From contig CDPCPM010000033.1 of the NCBI GenBank assembly GCA_976551045.1, positions 2,170,001 to 2,234,000 on the forward strand: 64,000 nucleotides of DNA. Reading direction: 5' to 3'. Position numbers and translations under genes: made by a program. Positions 12,910-24,930 of this stretch are shown one piece after another. The notes below the pieces were generated by a model. The model was not told where the DNA came from. It worked only from the letters and a program-made list of their open reading frames with translations, and did not search any database. The DNA is from Glaucostegus cemiculus (lineage: Eukaryota). Within the stretch, counting starts at the first letter, position 1. Every line of letters starts with the position of its first letter.

Positions 12910-13125
12910 CGCACACAAACTGCTGGAGGAACTCAGCAGTCAGGCAGCATCTATGGAGGGAAACGAATAGTTGACGTTTCGAGCCGAGACAGTAACTGAT
13001 GAAGCATTTCAGCATGAAACATCAACTGTTCATTTCCCTCCAATAGGTGCTGCCTAACCTGCTGAGTTCCTCCAGCACTTTGTGTTCACTGCTCCAGAGT
13101 TCCAGTATCTGCAGTTTCTCTTGTG
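12910..13125. mobile_element. Fold-back (inverted) Penelope-pLTR-like repeat with decayed minimal hammerhead motif
   Basis: acacaaactgctggaggaactcagcagtcaggcagcatctatggagggaaa is the near reverse complement of tttccctccaataggtgctgcctaacctgctgagttcctccagcactttgtgt. The centre carries CTGATGA (12996-13002) and GAAAC (13016-13020). Confidence 0.7.
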
Positions 13126-13487
13126 TCAAAGTTTACATTAGTATATGGGTGCCAATGAAGCAGACTGTTTTTCTCTGGATGGTGCCATGCGTCGTGGCTG
13201 TTGCGGAATCATTTTTTGTGGAGCGTATGGTCACCAACTTAACTTTCATAACTTGTAAAAATCAGGAGGTGAATGACTTGCTGCAGAACACAGAACACCT
13301 AACATGCTCTTTTAACCACAGTATTTATGTGGATGGTCTGGTTAAGTTCCTGAGAAACAGAAGCCCCAGGATGGAGGAGTTGGCAATGGTAATGGCAAAG
13401 AATATTATTGGAGATGGTCATTGCCTGGTACTTCATTGGCACTAATGTAGACATGGACTATGCCATCAACTGAGGAGATACAAATGG

Positions 13488-13857
13488 AAATCAGAATCAG
13501 AATCAGAATCAGTTTTATTGTCACAACCACATACATACAAAGTATGCAGAGGAGCGATATACCGTCCTCCTCAGGTGCTCGTCCCATACAAAAAAAATGA
13601 CATAACAACCAACAGAGACACATACACACTTGGCAGAATACATAGTATAGATCATTACACCTTAAAAGCTAAGGGGATTGAACTTAAATTCAGGATCGAT
13701 TTATCGATTTTCACTTACACATATACATGTGCAGACAAAAACATCAAAACATTAACAGCCCCCCTGCCTCACCCCGCACCGACGACCACCTCCAACCCCC
13801 CCAGTCCTACAACCTCAGGGCCCACAGACCATCAACAACCTCCGGCCCACAACCAAC
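13488..13857 (-). mobile_element. Non-coding retroelement carrying the Rex1/Babar 3' end with (ATTCTG)n tail
   Basis: (aatcag)x4 followed by ~150-185 bp nearly identical to 20124-20300. The remainder differs from the Rex1 copy. Confidence 0.75.
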
Positions 13858-14852
13858 ATTAAGCATCCCCATCCGTGCCATGGTGCACAGAAAGTCAGTT
13901 AATAAGCAGCAGATGATGATGGAACCTCGAACACTGCCTGATAAATTCCTGCAACAATATCTCATGGCCGGGATGGTTCATCTCCAAAACTATAACCAGC
14001 TTCCTTGGTATTAAAGTCGAATGTTGACCACTAGTTCTCAGTGACTTTACTTATATGATTTCCCAGTGCCCCACTCAGCAAAATGCAGCCTCAATGGCAA
14101 GGGCAGTCACTTTTGCATTGCTTCTAGCACTTAGCTGTTTTGTTCATGTTTGTATTAAGATCTAAAGTTGAATAGTCCTGGCAAAACCTAAATTGAGTAT
14201 TGTGACCAAGCTTTTGGTGAGTAAATACTGTTTGATAGCATCATTGATGATCCTTCCATCACTTTGCTGATAATTGAGAGAAGACTGACAGCAATTTTTT
14301 AGGGCATTTTTTTATACCTAGGTAACCTTGTTTAATATATAGTAGTGGAGTAGCTATACTGGAGCAGCTTGGACAAGACAACTAGTTCTGGAGCACAAGT
14401 CTTCAGTATTATAGCTTGGATGTTTTCAGGGCCCATACTTCCTGTTCTACCCTTTGCCCTTTATTGATGTTATGAGGAGTCATTCTGATTTGCTGAAGAC
14501 TGGGTGATGGTGGGAACCATGATGTGTAATCTGTATGGTACTTCCTTATTCTTCAGTGTTCAACATCTAAAAGATACACAGCAAGTGCCAACTAAGCTAT
14601 TTTTTGTTGGTTACTTTGTTGCTGGTGGAAGTGGGACAGAATATTGTTGTGTCATCCCTTTAAGGAGGCATTTTGGAGACTATTTGTCAGTCATAGTGTG
14701 ATAGGAAAATGGAAAAAAAGACTGGGGCGTAATTTTGGAAGCATTTCTATCAGTGATTGACAAGGAAAAGATAAAAAGCTTATACTTCAAAATAAACAGA
14801 ACAAGAGGCCTTGGAAAAGTTGGTGGTGCCCTGGAATGTTGTAGTCGCCAGG

Positions 14853-15147
14853 AACATAAGACCATAAGATATAGGAGCAGAATTAGGCCATTCAGCCCAT
14901 CAAGTGTGTTCCACCAGTCAATCATGGCTGATATTTTTTTTCTCAACCCCATTCTCCTGCCTTCTCCCGGTGACCCTTAATTCCCTTAACCAATCAAGAA
15001 TCTCTGCCTTAAATACGCCCAATAACTTGGCCTCCACAGCCCTCTGTGGCAATGAATTCCACAGATTCACAGCCCTCTGGCTGAAGAAATCCCTCCAAAT
15101 CCCATTTCTAAAGGGGTGTCCCCTTTCTCTGAGGCTGTGCCCTCGGG
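14853..15147 (-). mobile_element. CR1-type LINE 3' fragment
   Basis: Minus-strand ORF RGHSLRERGHPFRNGIWRDFFSQRAVNLWNSLPQRAVEAKLLGVFKAEILDW is the CR1 ORF2 C-terminus, followed by a (tcttatgg/t)n tail. Confidence 0.9.
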
Positions 15148-15179
15148 ACAGGGAGCAGAAATTTAAAAAGCTGAACCTA

Positions 15180-15600
15180 AAAAGAAAGAAAATAGAAAGA
15201 ACGGACATTTATGTGGCTCCTTTAATGATCTCAGGTCTTGCCAAAACACTTTATGGTCTATGAAGTACTTTAGAAGTATAGTCACTGTTGTAATGTAGGG
15301 AAACCCAGCAGCCAAATTACACATTGTAGTTCCTATAAACTGCAGTAAGATAATGATCAGATCAATAGGTTATTTTTTAGTAATGTTAGTTGAGGGAAAA
15401 ATGGTGGCTAGAGAGAACTCACTTCCCAACTTCAAAATGCTGCTCCAGGACTCTTAGCTTCCACCTGAGGGGACAGATGGGGTTCTTGGTTTAATGTCTC
15501 TGCTGAAAGACAGCCCTCCAACAACACAGCAGTTCCTTCATGTTGAACTAAAGTGTCAGCCTTGATCTTTCACTAAAGTCCCAGAAGCTGAATTTTCATT
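15180..15600 (-). mobile_element. Deu-domain SINE (SacSINE1-like), decayed
   Basis: Reverse complement is colinear with 24485-24930 (ctgtctttcag..attaaacc..ccccatctg..ccctcaggtgga) and ends in a (ttc)t-rich tail. Confidence 0.65.
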
Positions 15601-16519
15601 GGTAAGTGCATTGGGGGGAAAAAAATAAGCAACTTGAACAAAAATAAAAACTCTGCATGCCCTACCCTGTAAGAAGGGGCAGGAAATGATCCATTCTTTT
15701 GCCAGGTTCATTAATGATTGGTATTGAGTTGGTGACAGTACACCTGCAGTACATGCCACAGAGTAACCTCAGTGTTCAGTGCCGTGGTTGTGCCAGCTTC
15801 CGTCGCTACCAATCACCCTGTTAGACTGACCTTCTTACTGAATTTCGTGATTGTATAATCTAGCTTCTGTGCTTGGAAGAAAGGCAGGCATTTACACTTT
15901 GGCAAGCTCAGGCTCCACAATAAGTGTGTATAGTTCCACAGTGGTTCCATTATGCTGTACCGCCCACCTTCAGCACCCCAGTCCCCATCACAGCCCTGTT
16001 GTGGAATAATTGTTCTGTGCATTGCTGAGATTCCCGACTTGTAGTATAATGAGAGCTGGTGTGAGCAGTCAAAAGCCAAGCTGAAAGGAAAGATTTTTCT
16101 TCTGTGAAATTATCCTGTGAACTACAATTTTTCAAGATGTTTTTAGTGTTGAGGAAAATTGCATTTTTTTACTAGCCCACCAAGGCAAGATTTTAACCCA
16201 GCACCGATACTGCAGAATTTACTCAGCAAAAAAAAAAGAAATTTGTATTCTCTCCATCTCTCAACAGAGACCTTTAATTCTTGGAGTCTTTTGTATTTCA
16301 TTTCTTGTGTAATCCAGCTGCAAAATAAAAGAAAGCTTGTTTTGTCGAAGAAATGACCACGTGAAAACAGAAATTCAGTGTTCAAAGCTAAATATCACTT
16401 CAAACTCACCTCAGCCAAGCTCTGTGGGGAATGTCAATGAATGTACAGGTTATTGGGAGGTACAGACTGGGAAACTCATGAGTGGTTATCGATCTGAATA
16501 GGTCTCATGGTTCCGACAA

Positions 16520-16645
16520 TTGGTCATCAACCTGAAACAATGACTCTGTTTCTCTCTCCACGGATTCCGGCTAATCAGCTGAACTTTTTTCAAGCATGTT
16601 CAGATTTTGTTTCAGTTTTCCAGCATATGCAACCTTTTACCTTTT
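16520..16645 (+). mobile_element. Penelope-pLTR-like repeat remnant (same family as 26955-27090 and 27590-27707)
   Basis: ggtcatcaacctgaaacaatgactctgtttctctctccac..tttcagttttccagcatatgca. Confidence 0.6.
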
Positions 16646-16990
16646 TGGGAATCTTACAGGTTTAGATCTCTCACCAGTGCCAATGGACTACAGCATCAGT
16701 TGTCCTGGGTCACAAAGGGAACTAATCAGTGGGCCTTACTGACAATTGCATAAGCATAATCATCACCTTAGAGCAGTACTGCCTTGGTTGTGATGCCAGC
16801 CATAACCAACTAATCTGTGAGGCTCAACTAGTAGAATGGGATGTGACCAATGTGATTGAAGATTGTAGGATCTTCAGAAGAGAAAGCGTGTCGGAGAGGA
16901 AGGGGAATTATATATTATGTTAAATGGTGTCTGTTTGCACTGGATTTTGAATTGGATTTCAAACTGGTTTAGACAAATGAAAGTTTGTCA

Positions 16991-16994
<4 letters not shown>

Positions 16995-17030
<36 letters not shown>

Positions 17031-17039
17031 CGCATATAC

Positions 17040-17076
<37 letters not shown>
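16995..17076. repeat. Compound (TG)n microsatellite with two arrays
   Basis: Two (TG)~15-18 runs separated by atatgcgcatatact. Confidence 0.95.
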
Positions 17077-17079
<3 letters not shown>

Positions 17080-20000
17080 ATGCTTGACTTTGTGCACATA
17101 TGTGTTTTTATGTATGCAGTTGTATGTGTGAATGAATAGCTCTGTGTGTGTAGGAGGGGCGGGTGGGGGCAGAGTGGGAGAAAAATAGCAGGTTGGAAGA
17201 CTGAACTGTTTGAGGAGCAGGATTCAGAAGAACAGTAGCTCACTGTTGTTTCTTTCAGAAGATCTGTTATTGTTAGAGATTAGCAAGTCTGCTTCATACT
17301 GATTGTTTCCTACCCACAGTACGCACTGGTACCTGCTGGCACATCATTAATGCTTTAGATAAGTGTGTGGGCCAATAGTATTTGGTTTATGGATGAGGGG
17401 TCTGTGAGCTCAGAACAGGATAACTCCCTTATCCAGATAGTGTGAACTTTAGTTAATTCTTCCAATATTCTCTAGTGACCACACTAATGCCATTTTTGCT
17501 CTAAAATTAAATGTTTCATCAGGGCAATATTTTTAGATTTGGATGTGGATAGACAGTAAGCATGGAATGGTAAATGAATGCTCCACAGTAGGGAATTAAA
17601 TATTTCTTACTGGTTCGAGGGTCAGGCTTTTTCACAAAGATGTTATGATTTCTTTTCTTGTTTCAATGTATATTGCAATATATCCTATCACAAACAAACT
17701 CACTCCTTAAAGAAATTGCTCTCTGCCACCATCCTTATCCACCCACCTCACCTCACCACACATCTCTAAGGCAGAAAGGTTCTAGATTGCAACCTACATG
17801 TGGTGTGGCAGTGAGTTTGTATTCATGATGATTGAATGGCTAGTTTAATCAATTCCTTAATGTTAATTTTCAAAGCAGTATATTTCCTGTATTTGCATGG
17901 AATCCCTTCACATAGAACTGAGGGGATTATTTTGCAACCTACACATACAGTAAAGGTTTTAGCAGTAGATTACTGAACCACATTCTCACCTATCCAAAAG
18001 CCGCTCTCTAAACTATTTAGCAGGTTAGCTTAGCACCTCATACTTTAATGTCTATTTAAGTCTTGCAAGTGCAAAAATCATGATGATAAAATATTAAATT
18101 AGTGGTGATAATTTTATGTATCTTTATATCTAGAAAAGGATATATGTAACTGTACTCACCAATGTTATGATTCTGGATCTATCAGTAAGATCAATGTTTA
18201 ACAAAACTTCTGAAGGTCACCCATTTTCTATGATTCTGCTATTGCTGCATGACTAAAAGTAACCTAGGCCAATAAAATAATAGTAGGTAAATATGGAGGC
18301 TTTTTAAGTGTAACTCTCCCTCTGAAATATTGATGCTAATGTGCAGGAATGTGGCAATCAAGGAGTTAAGTGGAATGCCTGAAGCAACATTCTGCATTTT
18401 TGCTTTGTGACATGTTGTCATGTGTTTAAAAGAAAGTCAATCGGCAATTAACTGATGCACCTTGTGAAGATGACAAAAGGCATTTTGGTTGCAAAAAAGA
18501 ACTGGGTTGTGAGGGGTTGTAATGAAGGAGTAATGACTATTCATAAGCGATTTTCAGTACGTTGATCCACTTGACTGGAAAGTTCTGCCCTGGAGAGTTT
18601 GCGCTGTCAGTTTCTTTCACCTCAGAAAGCTGCCGCAATCGGTATGTGAGTGAGAAATTATCTAGTTATGGCTGTAGGCCTGTCTCAGGTCATATGCGTT
18701 AAGCATACATCTGTCCCGCTATAGGTGTGCGCATGTGAGCAAAGGAGTCTGGAAAACAGTGAGCTGTGTACATATTTACTTTGGCTTATCACTGCTTTAT
18801 CTCAATTGCCGATTTACCCTATCAAAACATAAATAGTTGATTGTCCCATTAAGGCTACTCAATAGCCACTTAAAAGTTCTGTTTGTGGAAATAGTTGGCA
18901 AACGATGTCCAATTGAAATTTAACATAGCCACCTCAGGTACAAAAAACTTTTTGAGCTTCTGGCCTGTCAATAATGCAGTAGCAAAGCAATTTAATATTT
19001 TATGCATATTTGAGGAAGCTTCTGTCATTGTGTTGTGGTTGCCACCATCACAGATGTATTTGTTGATGCTGAGGAGGTTGATAATGCTGCAAGGACTTTA
19101 ATGGAGAAAGGCCAAATTAACAATTAAACATATAATGTACACAGACTTCTCAACAGATGTAACAAGCAAGTAATTCAGTGTGATTATTCTAAGTTTCTAT
19201 TATAAGGGCAGAAAATCATTTTGAAGTACTTAAGTTTTTCTGAATTGAAAAACACCCGCTTACTCTGCATTCGTGCAACAAAGTGCAGAGGATTTTAAAA
19301 TCCGTAAACTTCACTCTCTTCACTTCATTACAGCCACTTTGTGGAACTCTGAAATGTGTCTATGAAGGGATACTTGTTTGTAAGTTTATGATGTGGTGGT
19401 GAAATAGGTCTTCAGGGAAAGAGTTTCCTTTGAAAAACATAGCTTTATGAACTATGCTCATTTAAATATCGGGCAAATCTTTTCTTTCTTACATTTTAAA
19501 ATTAGGTAGAGGACAAGGGGTACCTGGAAAAGATACAAAACTAATTTAATTGACAAACTCATATTAATATAATCATGATACACATAAGCGAAAAATGGTT
19601 GGCTTTGAAAATAGTTCAAATTCAGGATGTGATTTCTGCCTTGCTTTTTCTCCCAGCAACTGTTATTACACAATTTAAATAAAAAGTACAGTGTGGAACA
19701 GATGAGCTGCCTCGTTCTGTCTTTTGATACATTTGAAGGGCAGCAGCGGATCTATCTAGGAAGCATCTTTGGTGCTGTGATAAATGAACACATCATCATC
19801 ACTGCCCCATGTCTCAGGAAAATAATTTGCTGTCAAGTAAAGCAAAACATTTTAAGAATGAAACAAATAATATACAATTGATCACCCACGCTCTTCATTG
19901 GTGTACCACTGTTGTATATTTTAAAATGGTAAAGGTTTACCTAAAAATTGAGTTCAACACAAACTGCTATTATTTACTAACAACTTTAATGTTTATTTAG

Positions 20001-20123
20001 AAAAGGTCCATGCTATAATATACTTTACAGCCACTCAATTTAACTGTATATCCAGAAAATGTGGAAAATCAGTATGTAGTTCTGAGCAGTGTTTTGTTAA
20101 CTCTTTGGGTTACCACAAATTTC

Positions 20124-20751
20124 AGAATCAGAATCAGTTTTATTGTCACAACCATATACATACATAGTATGCATAGGAGCGAGATACCGTCCTCCTCAGG
20201 TGCTCGTCCCATAAAATAACATAACAACCAACAGAGACACACATACACACTTGACAGAATAAACATTACAAAACATTAGACATTAAAAGCTACGGAAGTT
20301 AAAATTAAATTAAAGTACGCAGATTAAATTAAAAATGGCCGGTAAATAAATAAATAGTTATTAAAGTGAACGGGCTGGTGACGGGCATTTAAAGTGCTGG
20401 TGCATTTCTGTGCACCTAGCATCTCTTAGTGTTAACAAAGGAAGATGGAGGGATGAGAGAGTTTGCAGTTCTGATGGCTTGCGGAAAGAAGCTATTGTTC
20501 AGCCTGGTCGTTCTTGCCCTGATACATTTAAGCCTCCTCCCTGATGGCAAGATTGTGAAGAGGTGGTGGGAGGGGTGAGAAGGGTCGGCCATTATGCTTT
20601 TGGTCTTCCTCACACAACGGTCTTTGTATATGTCTGCGAGGGATGGAAGCGGGACACCTATGATCCATTCCGCAGCCCTAACTATCTTCTGGAGGGACTT
20701 CCGCCCAGCAGCTGAGCAGCTTCCAAACCAAACAGTGATACATTGAGTGAT
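20124..20751 (-). mobile_element. 5'-truncated Rex1/Babar non-LTR retrotransposon with candidate 7-bp TSD
   Basis: Open minus frame TQCITVWFGSCSAAGRKSLQKIVRAAEWIIGVPLPSLADIYKDRCVRKTKSIMADPSHPSHHLFTILPSGRRLKCIRARTTRLNNSFFPQAIR is the Rex1-type ORF C-terminus. AATAAA + (ATTCTG)n tail. AAATTTC flanks both ends (20117-20123 and 20752-20758). Confidence 0.9.
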
Positions 20752-23700
20752 AAATTTCTACAAGTTCTAATTTTTTTCAGAGAATTTTATTCTCTATGGA
20801 AGTACATTTAAAAAAAAATCACCTTCCCCATTGACTCATGTTATCTCCTAAAAGTATGGACTCATGCTAAGATGTGGCATTGTGCTTACCAGTTGTTCTA
20901 CGGTATCCTGCCCTGGTAATGTGTGGCTCTTGGCAGTGAGCACATTGGCTTTTTACTTTGCGGCATCACTGACTGAAACCAATATTTTTCACACACTCAC
21001 TCACAAGCACAAACATGTTTCTTAACAGGAACCAGAATTGTAAGTTCTGGTTAATTTTCATCTCTATCGACAGTTGCAATGACTTGACTGCCATCTTCTG
21101 AGGTAGCTCAGTGATGGCCCTGTGGACTTCCTGGTCTGCAGTGCTCTGTTTCATGGGGTAATTCTTTGACCAAACTGAACCATTGTGACAACTGAAACAT
21201 TGCACCTTATGTTACACTTTAAGTTCACTATAGGTACCTATTCCTTTTAATAAGGAGTCATGGTCTGATAAAAATCATAGAAACAAACCTGTTGTTTATA
21301 ATATTATTGTATATTTCGTTTTCAATTCCCTGTTAAAAGTCTCATTTTCCATCTTGTTCTAAATATTTCTTTTCTTTTTGCTAATGAATTATGTTCAAGG
21401 TGATGCCTAGTTCTGGAGTATCACATGGTATTATGTGAAGATAGAACTCAATACAGGAGCTGTCATCTTCAAGTCCACAGTACACTGCACAACAATATTC
21501 TAATACTGACATCAATAATTTACATTGATCTCTTCTGTGTTACTAATATAATGAGGTTGAGGCCTAGGGTCTTACTTCCAATTCTGCCCGGAGGCTATCC
21601 ACAGATTTTAACATGGCCTCAGTGATCATAACACAAAACCAAAATCATCCAGATATTTAAATCCATGATTACGCAAACCAGGCCAGTTTTGCTTTTGCAG
21701 GATAGGCCAAATGGAGGGAGAGAGGGGGAGAAAACTTGGACAGGAGTAGTGAGATTCAGAAATCTTCTGTTAAGAAGCACTGATAAGCTCCCCTTGATCC
21801 CAATGCACTGTTGGCAGGAATGTTCCAGACCTTAGTACCTTAAATACTTAAACACTGTAATGGAATTGCTGGTTCCCTTGGGATTTCTAACATAACCATT
21901 AATGTAATTTTAATAAAATATATGCAACACTACACATTCAGAAAAGAAGGCAACAATCTACCTCTGTATGCTTGATTGCATATTCACTTTGTTTAATGTC
22001 TTTTTCTGCTTTTTTTAAAACACTTATTATTCAACAAGTACACAGTTAAAAGTGGATTGATAGACATGGATGTGCTCTGTGTTAGTGGAGCTTTGAGGCC
22101 AATAATATTTCTGGGCTAAACCCAAACTTTACTCATTTGATGATCGTTAATTGGAATAAACTCACTTTCTCCCAGATAGCCCTGTAGGGTCTAAGAATTA
22201 ACTTGTGTGGTCCTAAGCTCTGCTGATCAGGAAAACCCCACATTTTGACCTTCTAACACCTTACTGCCGTCCTTACTTCCAAAGTAAATCAACAAAATAA
22301 TGTTTTTTTCAAATAACTCCAGGCTGCCATTTGAAGGATGAATGGGGATGTGCACAGAGCAAGCTTTCCCCAACGTGCTCCGGGAGTAGAACTTGCTCTT
22401 TTCTTTTACAATCTAACCAGACAGCAGTGGTCCCTTAAAACTTTTATAGTTCCTACACCTACAAGTGTTTGAGGCCCTTGTCATAAGGTTGTCCTTGGGA
22501 GTCATATAAAAGCACAACACAGCTGGCTGTATTGTGTAAGTTTTCTATCTTGGAAGAGTGGCTGAATAATCTGGATAACTACAGATTGTCATGCATCAGA
22601 CGGGGTTTACAGTGAGGCAGTATTATGTCATCATTGCTCTATCATTGAAGGATGAGTTTCCGAGTTGATTTTGAAGTTGAGAGCTAAAAAGCTACCATTA
22701 AACAGCCAGGGGACTCATCCTTGATTATTAGTACTAAATATGCAATATAGCAGCACGTGAGAAGTGTTCTCTCCTACCAAAATTTGGTTTCATTGAGACA
22801 AATTTTGGAAGGAAAGTACAACATTTTGCTACTGTTTCTTACATATTTAGCTATACTAACCAAGGACAACATTTTTCTCAATGATTTTTCGTAAAGCAAA
22901 TTACTAGACCTGTTTTAGCCCTGGTATATTTATTTTTCTTTTCTGAAGGTCCATCGTAATCCTCACATTCAAGCTTAGACAGTCGCAACAGCTCTTTACT
23001 CCTATATAGTGTGAGAAGATTGGAATCATTATGAGCTAGCTGTCAGTACCACAAGATTTTCAAATATCATGTACCTTCCATCTTGTTCCTCCCATCCCCC
23101 TCCCCTACTGCCTTCCCCCTTGACTCTGCCCCTAGCATTCCCCAAGCCTACAAATTAACATTAGTGCCACTGTTTCCAACCACAACTTCCTTAGGTTAAT
23201 AGATACGCATCACTAATGTTCACCAGAAATAAATGTTATCAGTGCATTCCTGTAAGTGAAAAGTGATATGTTGCTTTAGTACAGTGTGTACTCAAGACTT
23301 TGAAACAGAAGTGCCTCCTGATTGTTACTTGTACTAATGTGAGTTCTTGCGATATGCATGATACCGCTGCCTAGAACATGTATCAGTGTTTCTCATTATG
23401 GTGAACAACTAAACCTAGACTTTCACACTATCTCATTTACTCAAGTGGCAGAGAATGCTGCTCCTGTACCATGAACCCTCCTCACCAACTCCTGAAAGAG
23501 CCAGATACAGGCAGCTTATTTTGTTCCTAGGCATCTTGGTAGATAGACAAGTCCATTAATACTGCCACAAATGGTGCTCCTTTGGCTCCCTGAGATGCTA
23601 AGACATAAGTCCTTATCTGTTGGTTCATAAAACAGTGGAAATGAACGTCATGCCTTGTACTTTATCAAGCAAGAACACTTAGAGAGGAAAAAAAACTTCT

Positions 23701-23907
23701 GCACTGAAGTACCTGCCACCACCATTTTGTAGCAGTAGAGCTGCTGTGGTGGAATGGAGGAAAAACAAGGTCACAGGCAGGGAGTTATTCCTCTGCCTTC
23801 ACTACAGCCCTGAACAGTCTCATCTTTTTGAAAGGGTTACTTTGAAAAGCTTTTTGACTGTTGGGGCTTGTTAAGGTTTTAATGATGAACTTTTACTCCA
23901 TTCTGCA

Positions 23908-24093
23908 GAAAGTGTTTGAGGCAGGTACAATAAAAACATTCAAAAGATATTGGAATAAGTACGTGGATAGGAGGGGGCTTAGAGGGATATGGGGCAAGCA
24001 TGGGCATATGGAACTGGCTTGGTGGGCACCATGCTGGGTGTGGATGAGTTGGACTGAAGGACCTGTTTCCAGGCTGGATTAGTCTATGACTAT
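23908..24093 (+). mobile_element. CR1/HER1-like LINE 3' end
   Basis: Encodes EAGTIKTFKRYWNKYVDRRGL, followed by 3'UTR gactgaaggacctgtttcc..tctatgact. Confidence 0.8.
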
Positions 24094-24484
24094 CGACTTG
24101 CAGAGATATTTCCCTTCCATAGGTGCTTTTCTTTTTCCAGTTTGAATAGGAAAATCTCAAAGTTGTTGTTGAGGTACCCCTTCTACAAGCACATAATATC
24201 CAGCATGGGGAAGAGCACAAAAGTGCAAGGTCAGCAGTAATAGCAAGCACTGACAACCAGTCTCAATTTAACTTTAACAGTATAGGTCAGTTTTAATAAT
24301 TCTGAATGGGGATGTGAGTGCTAAACATTGAACTTCTGGAGGTTAAAAACTCACAGAAAATAGTGAAGCCAAATGCTTTGCTGATGAAGTAATTGTTTTA
24401 TCACAAAGCAGTCAATGCTGCTACCCTTCAACCGTACGGTAAATACAATAACTTTCACTGGACATATTACAATCAGTGGCAACC

Positions 24485-24930
24485 ATGGCTGGTGTAGCTC
24501 TCTCACTTCTGAGTCAAAAAGTCATGATTCAAATCACACTCCAGTGACTTGAGCACAAAGAACTAGACGGACTGTCCAGTGCAATACTGAGAGGGTGCTG
24601 TACTGTTAGAGGTGCTGTCTTTCAGATGCATAATTAAACTGGGGTCCCATCTGCCTTCTAGGGTGGACATTAGATGATTCCTCAATGCTGTTTAAAAAAA
24701 ATAGAAGGGCAGACATCCTGCCCAATATTTATCCCTCTATATCTTGAAAATAAATTAAAGGTCATTGTCCTATTACTATTCATGGGGGCTTGCTGTGTGT
24801 AAATTTCCTGCCACAGATTCAAGAACACAGCGGAGATTACACTTCAAAGGTACTTCATAGGCTGTAAAGAACTTTGATGTATCATGAGGTCATGAATGAC
24901 GCTCTATACACATTGCTTTTCTTTGTCTTT
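24485..24930 (+). mobile_element. Deu-domain SINE (SacSINE1-like), near full length, decayed
   Basis: tRNA-like head (tggctggtgtagctctctc..gattcaaatc), Deu core gtgctgtctttcagatg..ttaaactggggtcccatctgcc, L2-like tail ctgtaaagaactttg..gtcatgaatgacgctctata. Confidence 0.7.

Larger units (their letters stand above)
12535..14460 (-). mobile_element. Old decayed LINE (CR1/L2 group) interrupted by younger insertions at ~12905-13125 and ~13488-13857
   Basis: Begins attcacaggatatgggtctcactggcaaggccatcatttattttccatgcctaattg, matching the recalled 3' end of an abundant elasmobranch LINE. Colinear blocks resume after each insert. Confidence 0.55.
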
